A DNA stretch of 64,000 nt from Candidatus Pelagibacter sp. (GTDB lineage Bacteria; Pseudomonadota; Alphaproteobacteria; Paracaedibacterales; CAIOTO01): positions 275,823 through 339,822 of the forward strand of contig PNMQ01000002.1 in the NCBI GenBank assembly GCA_013823725.1. Reading direction: 5' to 3'. A model generated the notes under the pieces. That model did not search any database. It was not told the origin of the DNA and saw only the letters and a program-made list of their open reading frames with translations. The first letter of the stretch is position 1. Each line of letters opens with the position of its first letter. The translations under genes and the position numbers were made by a program. Below, one piece after another: positions 9,740 to 19,350 of this stretch.

Positions 9740-10495
9740 CTAAAAAGGTGAGATTTTATTCATCACCTGGTGTCCCCATGGGAATGATTGAAGATCCGAT
9801 AAATCACCTCGACCACCATAAGAAATTCTTAGCTCAGAAATTTTATCCCAATTGACGATGTTTGTTGCGGAAATATCTTCCCTTCTAATTATTCCTCTTA
9901 GTAAAACTTCTCGCACTTCATTAACTACGCGTAGTTCTTGACGACCATCGATCACCATATTTCCATTAGGCAAAATTTGCGTAACGGTCGTTGCAATTTT
10001 AAATTTCATTTTATCTTTAACATCGTATTTTGCAGACCCTTTTAAATCTGGAGAATTGGAGGCACTAAACCATGATGGATTATTAGTCCCATCCGAATTC
10101 CTTTGGGATTTTGGAAATAAATTAGGTATTTTACGTTCTAGCCCCATTAAGTTGCTTACCGTGGAATTGCTTGAAACGGTGCGTTTTAATGTTGGTGTCA
10201 TTTCAATGGATTCTTGTTGATCAATCACAACGTTCACAGTAATAATGTCCCCTACCTTTCCGGCTCTTTGATCTTTAAAAAATCCTTGTGCTCCGGCTTG
10301 CCATAACGATGCAGACTTATGCCTTTTTCCCTCTACTGGTGTAGGCATAGGCATGGAAATGGGTTGATAACCTCGAATACGCGTGGGGTCTTGAATCTCA
10401 CTAAGTTGAGGTCTTTCACCAATACTAGACAGTTGCTCTGCTAAATTGCAACCAGATACGAATATAGCCAACAGAAGAGTTAAATAATTTATCAT
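9740..10495 (-). CDS. flgH: Flagellar L-ring lipoprotein
   Basis: Lipobox FVSGC, the FlgH core GDIITVNVVIDQ, and a C-terminal ISYGGRG pattern. Overlaps the flgA stop by 4 nt. Confidence 0.9.
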   Translation of the reverse strand: MINYLTLLLAIFVSGCNLAEQLSSIGERPQLSEIQDPTRIRGYQPISMPMPTPVEGKRHKSASLWQAGAQGFFKDQRAGKVGDIITVNVVIDQQESIEMTPTLKRTVSSNSTVSNLMGLERKIPNLFPKSQRNSDGTNNPSWFSASNSPDLKGSAKYDVKDKMKFKIATTVTQILPNGNMVIDGRQELRVVNEVREVLLRGIIRREDISATNIVNWDKISELRISYGGRGDLSDLQSFPWGHQVMNKISPF

Positions 10496-11187
10496 GTATG
10501 TGATCCTGAAAGAGCTTGGTTTTCGTTGATGATACGCGCCTTAATTCGCTTTTTAGATGATACTTCAAAGGGAATAATATCTCCTTTAGCGCCAGATTTT
10601 AAAGCTTTTGCGGGAATAGAAATCGTTAAATTTGAATATTTCCAGTCAATGGTAACAACATCATCCTTTTTAATAATTTCATTTCTTTCCAAATCATTTG
10701 AAGAAATAGGCTTATTGGCTTTTAAAGATCTCTGCATTTTAATTTTTTGACCCAATAAATAATCAGCAGACGTAACAGTTTGTCCATCCACAAATCGTTG
10801 GTCAAAATTTTCAATTGAAATCATTTCTTTTGTAATTTCTGTACCTCCCGAACTGGTTATTTTTAAAACAGGTAATGGAACTTGTTCAATGATGACGCCA
10901 TAAACTTTTTTGCTTGTTTTTCCATGTTGAATTTCTGCTAAAAACCTTTGGGTGTTGTTAATTTTCTTAAAAGATTTCACTATAATTTCATCGTTGTCTA
11001 AACTGTTCCAATTACTTGGCCAGGTGTCCAACTGTATGCGAAAATTTCCCATATTGCTGCTTTGAAGAGCATGTGCAAAAATTATTTTTTCAATATTTTC
11101 TTTGTTTAATGGATCGGCCTGAATATTAAATTCAACACAATAACAAATAAGAAAAGCCATTATTTTTTTTAAGGTACTATCTAACAT
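10492..11187 (-). CDS. flgA: Flagellar P-ring assembly chaperone
   Basis: Signal peptide. C-terminal FlgA/SAF-like pattern (LKANKPISSNDL ... KKDDVVTI ... GAKGDIIPFEV ... IKARII). Sits between flgG and flgH as in alphaproteobacterial clusters. Confidence 0.65.
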   Translation of the reverse strand: MLDSTLKKIMAFLICYCVEFNIQADPLNKENIEKIIFAHALQSSNMGNFRIQLDTWPSNWNSLDNDEIIVKSFKKINNTQRFLAEIQHGKTSKKVYGVIIEQVPLPVLKITSSGGTEITKEMISIENFDQRFVDGQTVTSADYLLGQKIKMQRSLKANKPISSNDLERNEIIKKDDVVTIDWKYSNLTISIPAKALKSGAKGDIIPFEVSSKKRIKARIINENQALSGSHT

Positions 11188-11190
11188 TGG

Positions 11191-11988
11191 TTACCTCACT
11201 TGTAATAGAGAACTTAACATGGATTCAATTGTTTTCAGTGATTTGGTAATCATGTCATATGTTTTTTCAATACGAATAAGATCTGTCATTTCTTCCACTG
11301 CATTAACATTGGACCCTTCACGCCATCCATGTTTTATGGCACCTCTTCGCACAGTATTTGGAATACCTATGTCAGGTGCACCCGATGCAGGTGTTTCTAC
11401 AAATGTGGAATCTCCATAAGCTTTTAATCCAGAAGGGTTGGCAAATGTAGCAATTTGAAACTGTCCTGCTAATTGCGGGTTTTGATTATCAGCCGTAGTG
11501 ACATACACTTGACCATCGGGGTTAATTTCTATGTTTGTTGCATTGGTTGGAATAGTAATACCAGGCTGAACAACATAACCCGTTTTTGGCATCACTATTT
11601 CACCATTCGCATTTTTTTGCAAAGCACCTAGACGTGAAAAACCTTGCTGTCCATTTGGCAATGTTACACTAAAAAAACCTTCTCCATCAATCAGGACATC
11701 TAAGGGGTTACCTGTATTTTGATGTTCACCTTGTGTGAAATCTCTATATATTCCGACCGTTTGAACACCCATACCAATTTGTGTTCCTGTCGGATTTACC
11801 GTACCTAAAGAAGATGTTGTCATTCCAACACCACCTTTATCCAAATAAGGTAAGTCCGATGTTACGTGATATTGTTTTTTATACGCATCAGCACCTGATG
11901 CTGCAATATTTTGAGTTTTTGTGTTTAAAGATACTTCTGTTACTTGAAGACCTGTTCGCGCAATATTTAATGCATTATAAATTGACAT
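11191..11988 (-). CDS. flgG: Flagellar distal rod protein
   Basis: C-terminal rod signature GSNVNAVEEMTDLIRIEKTYDMITKSL ... LLQVR and core GEGFFSV. The N-terminal rod motif is divergent (see findings). Confidence 0.85.
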   Translation of the reverse strand: MSIYNALNIARTGLQVTEVSLNTKTQNIAASGADAYKKQYHVTSDLPYLDKGGVGMTTSSLGTVNPTGTQIGMGVQTVGIYRDFTQGEHQNTGNPLDVLIDGEGFFSVTLPNGQQGFSRLGALQKNANGEIVMPKTGYVVQPGITIPTNATNIEINPDGQVYVTTADNQNPQLAGQFQIATFANPSGLKAYGDSTFVETPASGAPDIGIPNTVRRGAIKHGWREGSNVNAVEEMTDLIRIEKTYDMITKSLKTIESMLSSLLQVR

Positions 11989-12001
11989 ATTATTTCCTTT
12001 T

Positions 12002-12781
12002 TTAAGCCATTCTTGCTGTTACGTTCCTAGTTTCTTTTTGGAGGTCTTCATAAGCCTGAATCATTTTCTGCGCCTCTTCATAGCGATGTGATACTTGCAT
12101 TAGTTGTATGCTAGCTTGTACAGGAGAAACGTTAGATTCTTCATAACCTCCTTGAAACAACATGCTTGTATCATCCGGTAAAGACTGTTGTGAATAGTTT
12201 CTAAGGTTATTACCTTCTAACTTAAAATCTCTATGATTTTCAAAAGTGAAGACACCTAGCTTCCCAATATTTTTATTATTCAGATTCATTGTTCCATCAT
12301 TAGCAACGTAGAATTGATCGACGTTACCTGAAATAATAATTTCCGTTAAGTTATTATCTAATATAGGATTTCCAGTTCCATCCGTCAGTCTTCTTTCTGA
12401 GTCAATGACAAATCTACCATTTCTGGTATAGCGAATCCCTTTATCAGTCTGAACAGCAAACACACCATTACCACTAATCGCAAAATCTAGTTTGTTATTT
12501 GTTTGTGCAGTACTACCATTTGATAAATGATTTTGAGTACCATCTGATTTTAAAAATGAAATATTATTTTTTTCTCTGGATTTATATTCAGCTTCTTCTG
12601 CCATAACAACAAAGGCTTTAAAACCTGGTGTCTGAGCATTAGCTAAATTCTGTGTGATAATGTTCAATTCTTCTTCTTGAACATTTTGCAATGACATTAA
12701 TATAGCCTGAGGCTTCTGTATCAAAATCTTGTCGCTATTAATTGTATTACTCATATCAAAATCTTGCTGAAATAACTTCAA
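12002..12781 (-). CDS. flgF: Flagellar proximal rod protein
   Basis: N-terminal rod motif ITQNLANAQTPGFKA, core GNGVFAV, C-terminal ESNVSPVQASIQLMQVSHRYE. The true start may be the internal ATG at 12754. Confidence 0.8.
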   Translation of the reverse strand: MKLFQQDFDMSNTINSDKILIQKPQAILMSLQNVQEEELNIITQNLANAQTPGFKAFVVMAEEAEYKSREKNNISFLKSDGTQNHLSNGSTAQTNNKLDFAISGNGVFAVQTDKGIRYTRNGRFVIDSERRLTDGTGNPILDNNLTEIIISGNVDQFYVANDGTMNLNNKNIGKLGVFTFENHRDFKLEGNNLRNYSQQSLPDDTSMLFQGGYEESNVSPVQASIQLMQVSHRYEEAQKMIQAYEDLQKETRNVTARMA

Positions 12782-12810
12782 AATGATTAATGCAAATTGC
12801 GTGCCATAAC

Positions 12811-12842
12811 ATAAAAAAAAGCCGTTTAAAAAAACGGCTTCT
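12811..12842 (-). terminator. Rho-independent terminator downstream of secA
   Basis: On the minus strand, AAGCCGTTT and AAACGGCTT form a 9-bp stem (plus-strand 12819-12827 and 12832-12840) followed by a T-run (the plus-strand A-run at 12813-12820). Confidence 0.7.
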
Positions 12843-12868
12843 CATTTTAAATATTTTGTTAGCTTAAT

Positions 12869-15562
12869 TTATATAATAATCCCACAACAGTATTTATATT
12901 TTTTTCCAGAACCACAAGGGCAATCTGCATTTCTTGCGGGTTTTTTATCTCTTAATGAATCTTCTCTTTCATCTTGATTCTGAATAAAATCTCCTTCTTC
13001 AGGTCCTGACCAATCTAGGTAAGATTCGTGCATATCTGTAATGTCTGAGCTCGACTTCAAAATAGATTCCAAAGAATCAGAATCAGGCATAGACAGTTCA
13101 AAGTGAGCTAATGAAAAAACAAAGCTTTCACGAATTTTATTCATCATGTATTGAAATGCGTTATAAGCTTCACGTTTATATTCATTTAAAGGATTACCCT
13201 GAGCATAAGCGCGCCAATTAATACCTTGGCGAATATGATCTAAGGCGTGTAAATGTCCACGCCAAGCTTCATCAATAGAGCGTAAAAGCAAGTTTTTTTC
13301 TGCTGTTCGCATAAATTCAAAGCTATATTTTTGTTCTTTATATTTCAAAACAACATTGAGTTCTTCTCTGATTGTTTTTTTAAGCAAATCTATTGAAACA
13401 TCCTTTCTTTGTAACAATCGATCAAAATCAATATTAACCCCACAAATGCGCAGTACTTCTGTGTGTAAACCATGAATGTCCCACTGTTCAACCAGTGAAT
13501 TATCAAGAATATAGCGATCAACAGTATTATCAACAACGTCTTCAGCTGTATCATGAACCATTTCAGAAATATCTTGGCTTGCCATAATCTCACGACGTTG
13601 CTCATAAATAATCTTACGTTGTTCGTTCATGACGTCATCGTATTTCAAAACTTGTTTACGAATATCAAAGTTTCTTGCTTCAACTCGTTTTTGAGCATTT
13701 TCCAAAGCTTTGTTCATCCACTTATGTGAAATGACTTCGCCCTCTTCTACTCCCATTTTTCTAAATACTGATTCTAATTGCTGCGATCCAAAAATACGGA
13801 GTAAATCATCTTCTAAGGATAAATAGAACTTCGATCCCCCTGGGTCACCCTGACGGCCAGAACGGCCTCTTAACTGATTGTCGACTCTTCGACTTTCATG
13901 TCTTTCTGTACCAATAACGTATAATCCTCCTGCAGCTTTAACTTTTAATTGGTCTGCAGAAATTTCTTGCTCAATTTCTTTAATCATACGGTCACGATCA
14001 GGGCCTTCAGGAATTTTTGCAAGTTCTGTAGCTACTCGCATTTCCAAGTTACCACCTAATTTAATGTCAGTACCTCGACCAGCCATGTTCGTTGCAATAG
14101 TTACAGCACCAGTTCTGCCAGCTTCAGCAACGATAAATGCTTCATGTTCATGATAACGCGCATTCAATACTTTATGAGGAACTTTTTGTTTTTTTAATAA
14201 ATCAGAAATTTGTTCTGATCTTTCAATACTTGTTGTTCCAACCAACACAGGTTGACCTTTCGAATGGCATTCTTTAATTTGGTCAACAACAGCATTATAT
14301 TTTTCACGCACACTCATGAATACTTCGTCATTAGAATCTTGACGAATAACGGGAACATTGGTTGGAATTTCAACAGGTGTGAGATTATATATTTCTTCAA
14401 ACTCAGCAGCTTCTGTCATTGCTGTTCCAGTCATACCAGAACATTTTGGATAAAGTCTGAAAAAATTCTGATACGTTATAGATGCTAACGTTTGATTTTC
14501 AACTTCAATTTTTGCATTTTCTTTTGCTTCTAATGCTTGGTGAAGTCCTTCAGAAAAACGGCGACCTTCCATTTTACGTCCTGTAAATTCATCGATGATA
14601 ACCACCTTATTATCTTCAACAATATAATCTACATCACGTGTAAATAATTTATGAGCTCTCAAAGCAGCATTGACATGGTGAACAACCGCGATGTTGTGAA
14701 CATCATACAAAGATTTACCCTTTAAGAGGTTCATTTTAAATAGTTCTGTTTCAATTTTTTCAACACCGCTATCCGTTAAAGTAACAGCTTTGTGTTTTTC
14801 ATCTTTTTCAAAATCTGCATCCACCAGAAGAGGAATAATTGCATTAACGGAACGATATAAATCAGATGAATCTTCAGCAGCACCAGATATAATCAAAGGT
14901 GTACGAGCTTCATCAATTAAAATACTATCTGCTTCATCAACAATCGCATAATTAAATGGACGCATAACCATTTCATTTGCATGAAACTTCATATTATCTC
15001 TTAAGTAATCAAATCCAAATTCATGGTTTGTTCCATATGTAATATCGCAATCATACATTGCTTTACGTATTGGAAATGGTTGATCACCAATAACACAACC
15101 ACATGTTAATCCTAAAAATTGAAAAAGCTGACCCATAGTATCAGAGTCACGCTTAGCCAAATAATCATTGATTGTAACAATGTGGACACCCTTGCCAGTT
15201 AGAGCATTCAAATATATAGGAAGAGTTGCAACTAAAGTTTTTCCTTCACCTGTCTTCATTTCAGCAATACGACCTTCATGCAAGACCATACCGCCAATAA
15301 GCTGAACATCAAAATGGCGCATTTTTAAAACTCTTCTTGATGCTTCTCTAACGACAGCAAAGGCTTCTGGCAGTAAAGATTCTAATTTTTCGCCTTTTGA
15401 AACTCTTTCTTTGAATTCCAATGTTTTATGCTGAAGCTGAGAGTCTGTTAAATTAGCCATAGAAGGCTCTAGACGATTAATATCTGACACTGTTTTTAAA
15501 TATTTTTTTATAAGTCTATCACTCGTAGAACCTAAGATTTTATGTAAAATTGAAAGAAACAT
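12869..15562 (-). CDS. secA: Preprotein translocase ATPase
   Basis: Motor motifs MKTGEGKTL and VDEADSILIDEARTPLIIS. C-terminal zinc motif CPCGSGKKYKYCCG. 897 aa. Confidence 0.97.
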   Translation of the reverse strand: MFLSILHKILGSTSDRLIKKYLKTVSDINRLEPSMANLTDSQLQHKTLEFKERVSKGEKLESLLPEAFAVVREASRRVLKMRHFDVQLIGGMVLHEGRIAEMKTGEGKTLVATLPIYLNALTGKGVHIVTINDYLAKRDSDTMGQLFQFLGLTCGCVIGDQPFPIRKAMYDCDITYGTNHEFGFDYLRDNMKFHANEMVMRPFNYAIVDEADSILIDEARTPLIISGAAEDSSDLYRSVNAIIPLLVDADFEKDEKHKAVTLTDSGVEKIETELFKMNLLKGKSLYDVHNIAVVHHVNAALRAHKLFTRDVDYIVEDNKVVIIDEFTGRKMEGRRFSEGLHQALEAKENAKIEVENQTLASITYQNFFRLYPKCSGMTGTAMTEAAEFEEIYNLTPVEIPTNVPVIRQDSNDEVFMSVREKYNAVVDQIKECHSKGQPVLVGTTSIERSEQISDLLKKQKVPHKVLNARYHEHEAFIVAEAGRTGAVTIATNMAGRGTDIKLGGNLEMRVATELAKIPEGPDRDRMIKEIEQEISADQLKVKAAGGLYVIGTERHESRRVDNQLRGRSGRQGDPGGSKFYLSLEDDLLRIFGSQQLESVFRKMGVEEGEVISHKWMNKALENAQKRVEARNFDIRKQVLKYDDVMNEQRKIIYEQRREIMASQDISEMVHDTAEDVVDNTVDRYILDNSLVEQWDIHGLHTEVLRICGVNIDFDRLLQRKDVSIDLLKKTIREELNVVLKYKEQKYSFEFMRTAEKNLLLRSIDEAWRGHLHALDHIRQGINWRAYAQGNPLNEYKREAYNAFQYMMNKIRESFVFSLAHFELSMPDSDSLESILKSSSDITDMHESYLDWSGPEEGDFIQNQDEREDSLRDKKPARNADCPCGSGKKYKYCCGIII

Positions 15563-15725
15563 TCACATCCTATTTGAATTTTTTATGTATTGTTTTACTA
15601 TAACACATTTATTAAAAAAAACCAGTAACAACCATTTTAGTCTCGCCGAATGAATTTATATGTTGCTATAATACAAAAATAGATTGATTAAATTCACAAG
15701 AATCTACATGGAGAAAGTGTCACCT

Positions 15726-17642
15726 ATGAAACATAAATTACCACTAATGCTATGCACAGCCATTGCCTTACTTTCAGCCTGTCCTGAAAGCGCTTATGCA
15801 TCTGAAAAAACTGAAACTTCTTTTTTTGGAAAAATTTCTAATTTCTTTTCAGGTATCTTTTCCTCATCAAAAGAAACTTCAAAATCAGAAGCTGTAAAAG
15901 CAGATATCAAGCAAGAAAGTTCAGTTACTACTTCTAAAGATTCATCTACAGAAGATATGCAAATTGCTGCTCGTTTTCCTGACAAAACGGTGATTAGCGT
16001 TCAAGACGTTAACAAACTAACCAATGCAGCACCAGATAGTTTGCAAAATCAATATCCACAAGCAAAAATCTACCAACTTATGCTTATGCAACTGGTTACA
16101 TCAAAATTATTAAATGATGCTGCCGTTCAAGAAGGTATTGACAAGTCTGATGATTACATCAAGAAAAGTCAAGATGCGCACAATGTTGTTAAAACACAAT
16201 TAGTGTTGACTCAAGAAATCGATAAAATTTTGACAGATGCAGTACTGAAAGAACAGTATGATGATTTTATTAAAGTCATGCCAAAAGAAGATGAATATCA
16301 AATACAACACATTTTATTAAGCGATGAATCAAAAGCTAATGAAATTCTTAACAGTTTAAAAAAATTCAAAGGCGAGATTTTAAAAAGAGAATTCGCAGAC
16401 GCTGTTCAAAAACATTCTGCTGACGCACAATCTAAAAAGAACAATGGTATTGTTGGCTGGTTACCTAAACAAAAACTTAATAACGATGCATTCAATGAAG
16501 TTGCATCTGGGGAATTAGTAGGTAAAGTTGTTAAAGTATTCAACGAAGGTTATAGCGTTATTTTCATCAAAGGAAAGCGCCCTGCACAACCACCAACATT
16601 TGAGCAAGCAAAAGCAGAACTAAAGCAAGTAATCCTTCCTCAATACGCACTACAAGTTATTGAAAAGCTTCGCAAAGACATGGGGGTTACTCTTACAGGC
16701 TTAGACAAACAGCACATGGAACTTCCAGCATTACCGCCTATGCCAAAGCTGGGCGCCGATCCAAAGAACCTTCCTGAAATGCCAAAGCCTAAAGATTTTT
16801 CTGCAGTAAATGAAAAGGATTTAGACAACACTATGGTTGTTGCAGAAATGAAAGATGGTTCCAAAATCACACTTCAAGAAGTAAGAGATTCTATTGCTGA
16901 TCTTCCAGATTCATTAAAAGCTGCTCCTTTTCATGAACAGTTCACACCAGCTCTCTTAAAGCTTGCTGATATGAAGATATTAGATAAGATTGCAAAGGAT
17001 CGTAAAATCATTGATTCTCCAGAATTCAAAGAAAGATTTGAAAAAGCTAAAAAAACAGTTTTAAGCAAACTTTACATGGATAAAAAGCTAGAAAATAGAA
17101 TCACCCAAAAAATGATTAAAGAAACCTATGATTCAATTTCAGACTTGTTTAGCAAAGATGAAATGGCTATTTGTCTACGTCATGTTATGGTTAAATCAAA
17201 AGACAAAGCACAGGATCTGTTGAACAAAATTCTTAAAGGTGGCGGAGTTAAGAAATTTGAAGAATATATAGCTTCTGAATCTATTGACGAACAATCCAAA
17301 AAGAATAATGGAAAAATTGGATGCATTCCACAAAAAGACTTAAAACCAGAAATCGCTGAAATTCTTTTCAAAAAACCACAAGGTACTTTTGTAGAAGAAC
17401 CTATTCAAATGGCTGAAGAAGGCTACAGTATTGTTAGGGTTGAAGAAAAGAAGAAAATACAACCACCAACCATCGAACAACTCAAACCACAACTTTTCAA
17501 ACTCGCAGCTAAAAAAGAAAGTGAAAAAATTCTTCGTCAGGTTGTAAAAGAATCTAAAGTCGAAATGTTTGATTCTAAGGGTAATAAAATTGACATTAAT
17601 GGACTTTTGAATCCTAAAAATGCAGAAGGTGAATCGAACTAA
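15726..17642 (+). CDS. Periplasmic peptidyl-prolyl isomerase with two parvulin domains (SurA/PrsA-like)
   Basis: Two internally duplicated PpiC-type modules (HILLSDE...QSKKNNGIVGWLPK and RHVMVKS...QSKKNNGKIGCIPQ). Signal peptide MKHKLPLMLCTAIALLSAC. Start moved to the ATG at 15726, which is preceded by GGAGAAAG. Confidence 0.8.
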   Translation: MKHKLPLMLCTAIALLSACPESAYASEKTETSFFGKISNFFSGIFSSSKETSKSEAVKADIKQESSVTTSKDSSTEDMQIAARFPDKTVISVQDVNKLTNAAPDSLQNQYPQAKIYQLMLMQLVTSKLLNDAAVQEGIDKSDDYIKKSQDAHNVVKTQLVLTQEIDKILTDAVLKEQYDDFIKVMPKEDEYQIQHILLSDESKANEILNSLKKFKGEILKREFADAVQKHSADAQSKKNNGIVGWLPKQKLNNDAFNEVASGELVGKVVKVFNEGYSVIFIKGKRPAQPPTFEQAKAELKQVILPQYALQVIEKLRKDMGVTLTGLDKQHMELPALPPMPKLGADPKNLPEMPKPKDFSAVNEKDLDNTMVVAEMKDGSKITLQEVRDSIADLPDSLKAAPFHEQFTPALLKLADMKILDKIAKDRKIIDSPEFKERFEKAKKTVLSKLYMDKKLENRITQKMIKETYDSISDLFSKDEMAICLRHVMVKSKDKAQDLLNKILKGGGVKKFEEYIASESIDEQSKKNNGKIGCIPQKDLKPEIAEILFKKPQGTFVEEPIQMAEEGYSIVRVEEKKKIQPPTIEQLKPQLFKLAAKKESEKILRQVVKESKVEMFDSKGNKIDINGLLNPKNAEGESN

Positions 17643-17666
17643 TTCAAACCTATGTTGACCCACAAT

Positions 17667-17697
17667 AAAAAAGGAGAACTTAACGTTCTCCTTTTTT
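17667..17697. terminator. Bidirectional rho-independent terminator
   Basis: AAAAAAGGAGAAC-TTAAC-GTTCTCCTTTTTT. A G/C-containing stem flanked by an A-run and a T-run, between the convergent PPIase and cinA-like genes. Confidence 0.7.
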
Positions 17698-17714
17698 ATA
17701 TCATCTACTAAATA

Positions 17715-18464
17715 TCATGAATTCAATATTGTCTTACTGATGACATCGCCTTTAAAGATTAGAATCATCTCTACAATAGATTCAACAGCTTGATTCACAT
17801 GCAATTCGTCAGTACCACACACAACTAAAACAACTCCAATATCTGGCGGTTGATTATAAAATGGATAACTTCCAATTTCGACATCGCTGTGGTTTTTTTG
17901 AATATCGCTTAAATGTCGAGCCATAATTCCTTCAATAAGATTTGTTTTAATCTCCACTGTAAAAATGGGATTACCATTTTTTAACTTTGGAAGGACGTGT
18001 TGAAACATAGCCTTCATAACTTTTGGCATTCCAGCCATGCAATAAACATTGTGCACAATAAATCCAGGAGCCTTACTAACAGGATTTTCTATCAAATGAG
18101 CACCCTGGGGAAGATACGCCATTTTCTTACGATTATCATTAAATTCATCACCATAATATTCTTTTAAAATTTCTAATGCCTTTGGATGAATTTCATAAGC
18201 TAATCCAAAACACTTAGCAATTGTTAATGATGTAATATCATCATGTGTTGGACCGATTCCACCCGTTGTAAACAAATAGTCACACTGCTGCGACAATTGT
18301 TTTACTGTGTTAATAATAGCCACTTCATCATCTTTAATAATTCGAACTTCTACAAGTGAAATTCCTTTAATCTTCAAATTTCGAGCAATGTAATTAATGT
18401 TCGTGTCTTGAGTTCTCCCACTTAAGACTTCATTTCCAATGATGAGAATAGATGCTGTAATCAT
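17715..18464 (-). CDS. CinA-like molybdopterin-binding (MoCF) domain protein
   Basis: N-terminus MITASILIIGNEVLSGRTQDTNINYIA and TTGGIGPTHDDIT match the CinA N-terminal/MoCF domain. Start moved to the ATG at 18464. Confidence 0.8.
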   Translation of the reverse strand: MITASILIIGNEVLSGRTQDTNINYIARNLKIKGISLVEVRIIKDDEVAIINTVKQLSQQCDYLFTTGGIGPTHDDITSLTIAKCFGLAYEIHPKALEILKEYYGDEFNDNRKKMAYLPQGAHLIENPVSKAPGFIVHNVYCMAGMPKVMKAMFQHVLPKLKNGNPIFTVEIKTNLIEGIMARHLSDIQKNHSDVEIGSYPFYNQPPDIGVVLVVCGTDELHVNQAVESIVEMILIFKGDVISKTILNS

Positions 18465-18703
18465 TTTAATGCATATAAAAAAAATCTCTGTAAATACTAT
18501 ACAGGAAATACGAATAAAACACACTTCAAACTCTCAAACAAATACTGTTGCTTTCATGTATCAATATGAATATTACCTAAAATTTTAATCAATCAATAGG
18601 CCGGGTTTTTAAGGCATTATTAAAGAATTTATGCTGTAATTACATTTAGATTCAGCACACACGCTGATGTAAAAGTGTTAACAAATCTAAAGGAGTTCCT
18701 TCC

Positions 18704-19237
18704 ATGAAAAAAATAATTCAATTAAGCGCTATGCTACTTGCTAGCTCTGGTTTTGTTCTTGCAACACAAGTAGAAGCACCAAAAGCTCCTACAGTAGAAA
18801 AAAAAGAAGAAGCAAAAACTGAAGTAAAGTCTGACGTTAAAGTTGCAAAAAAAGCAAAAAAAGTATTTAAAAAATCACACAGAAAACTAGATAATAGTCT
18901 TACTAAAGCTTTAAACGATCAAGTAGGCCCATACGTAGCACAAGCTAAAATCGTTGTACCAGTTTGTGATAAAGCAAAAGATGAACATCATGGCGATAAA
19001 ACCCCAGTAAAAGGTAGAAGAAAAAGCCAAAAGAAATCTGAAGCTGTAAAAGTGGAAGCTAAAAAAGTAGAAGAAGTTAAAAAAGAAGAGACAAAAGCTC
19101 CTGCTGTAAAAGAAGAAGCGAAAAAAGTTGAAGAAGTTAAAAAAGAAGAAGTAAAATCTGAACCATCAGTAGTTCCAGCAGCTCCGGCAGCACCTGTTGT
19201 TCCAGTTGCTCCTGCTGCTCCAGTAGTACCAAAATAA
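18704..19237 (+). CDS. Secreted Lys/Glu/Ala/Pro-rich repetitive protein
   Basis: AAAGGAG Shine-Dalgarno sequence and signal peptide MKKIIQLSAMLLASSGFVLATQVEA. Internal repeat AKKVEEVKKEE occurs twice. Proline-rich tail PAAPAAPVVPVAPAAPVVPK. Confidence 0.65.
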   Translation: MKKIIQLSAMLLASSGFVLATQVEAPKAPTVEKKEEAKTEVKSDVKVAKKAKKVFKKSHRKLDNSLTKALNDQVGPYVAQAKIVVPVCDKAKDEHHGDKTPVKGRRKSQKKSEAVKVEAKKVEEVKKEETKAPAVKEEAKKVEEVKKEEVKSEPSVVPAAPAAPVVPVAPAAPVVPK

Positions 19238-19262
19238 GATTATCAAATCTTAAATGCACAAG

Positions 19263-19299
19263 AAAAACCCTTGTTAAAACAAGGGTTTTTCTTTTTTTT
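19263..19299 (+). terminator. Rho-independent terminator
   Basis: AAAACCCTTGTT-AAAA-AACAAGGGTTTT followed by CTTTTTTTT. Confidence 0.75.
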
Positions 19300-19350
19300 A
19301 ATAGCTGGAATAGCTATACTAAACAAAGTTAATATCACTGATTATTTATT

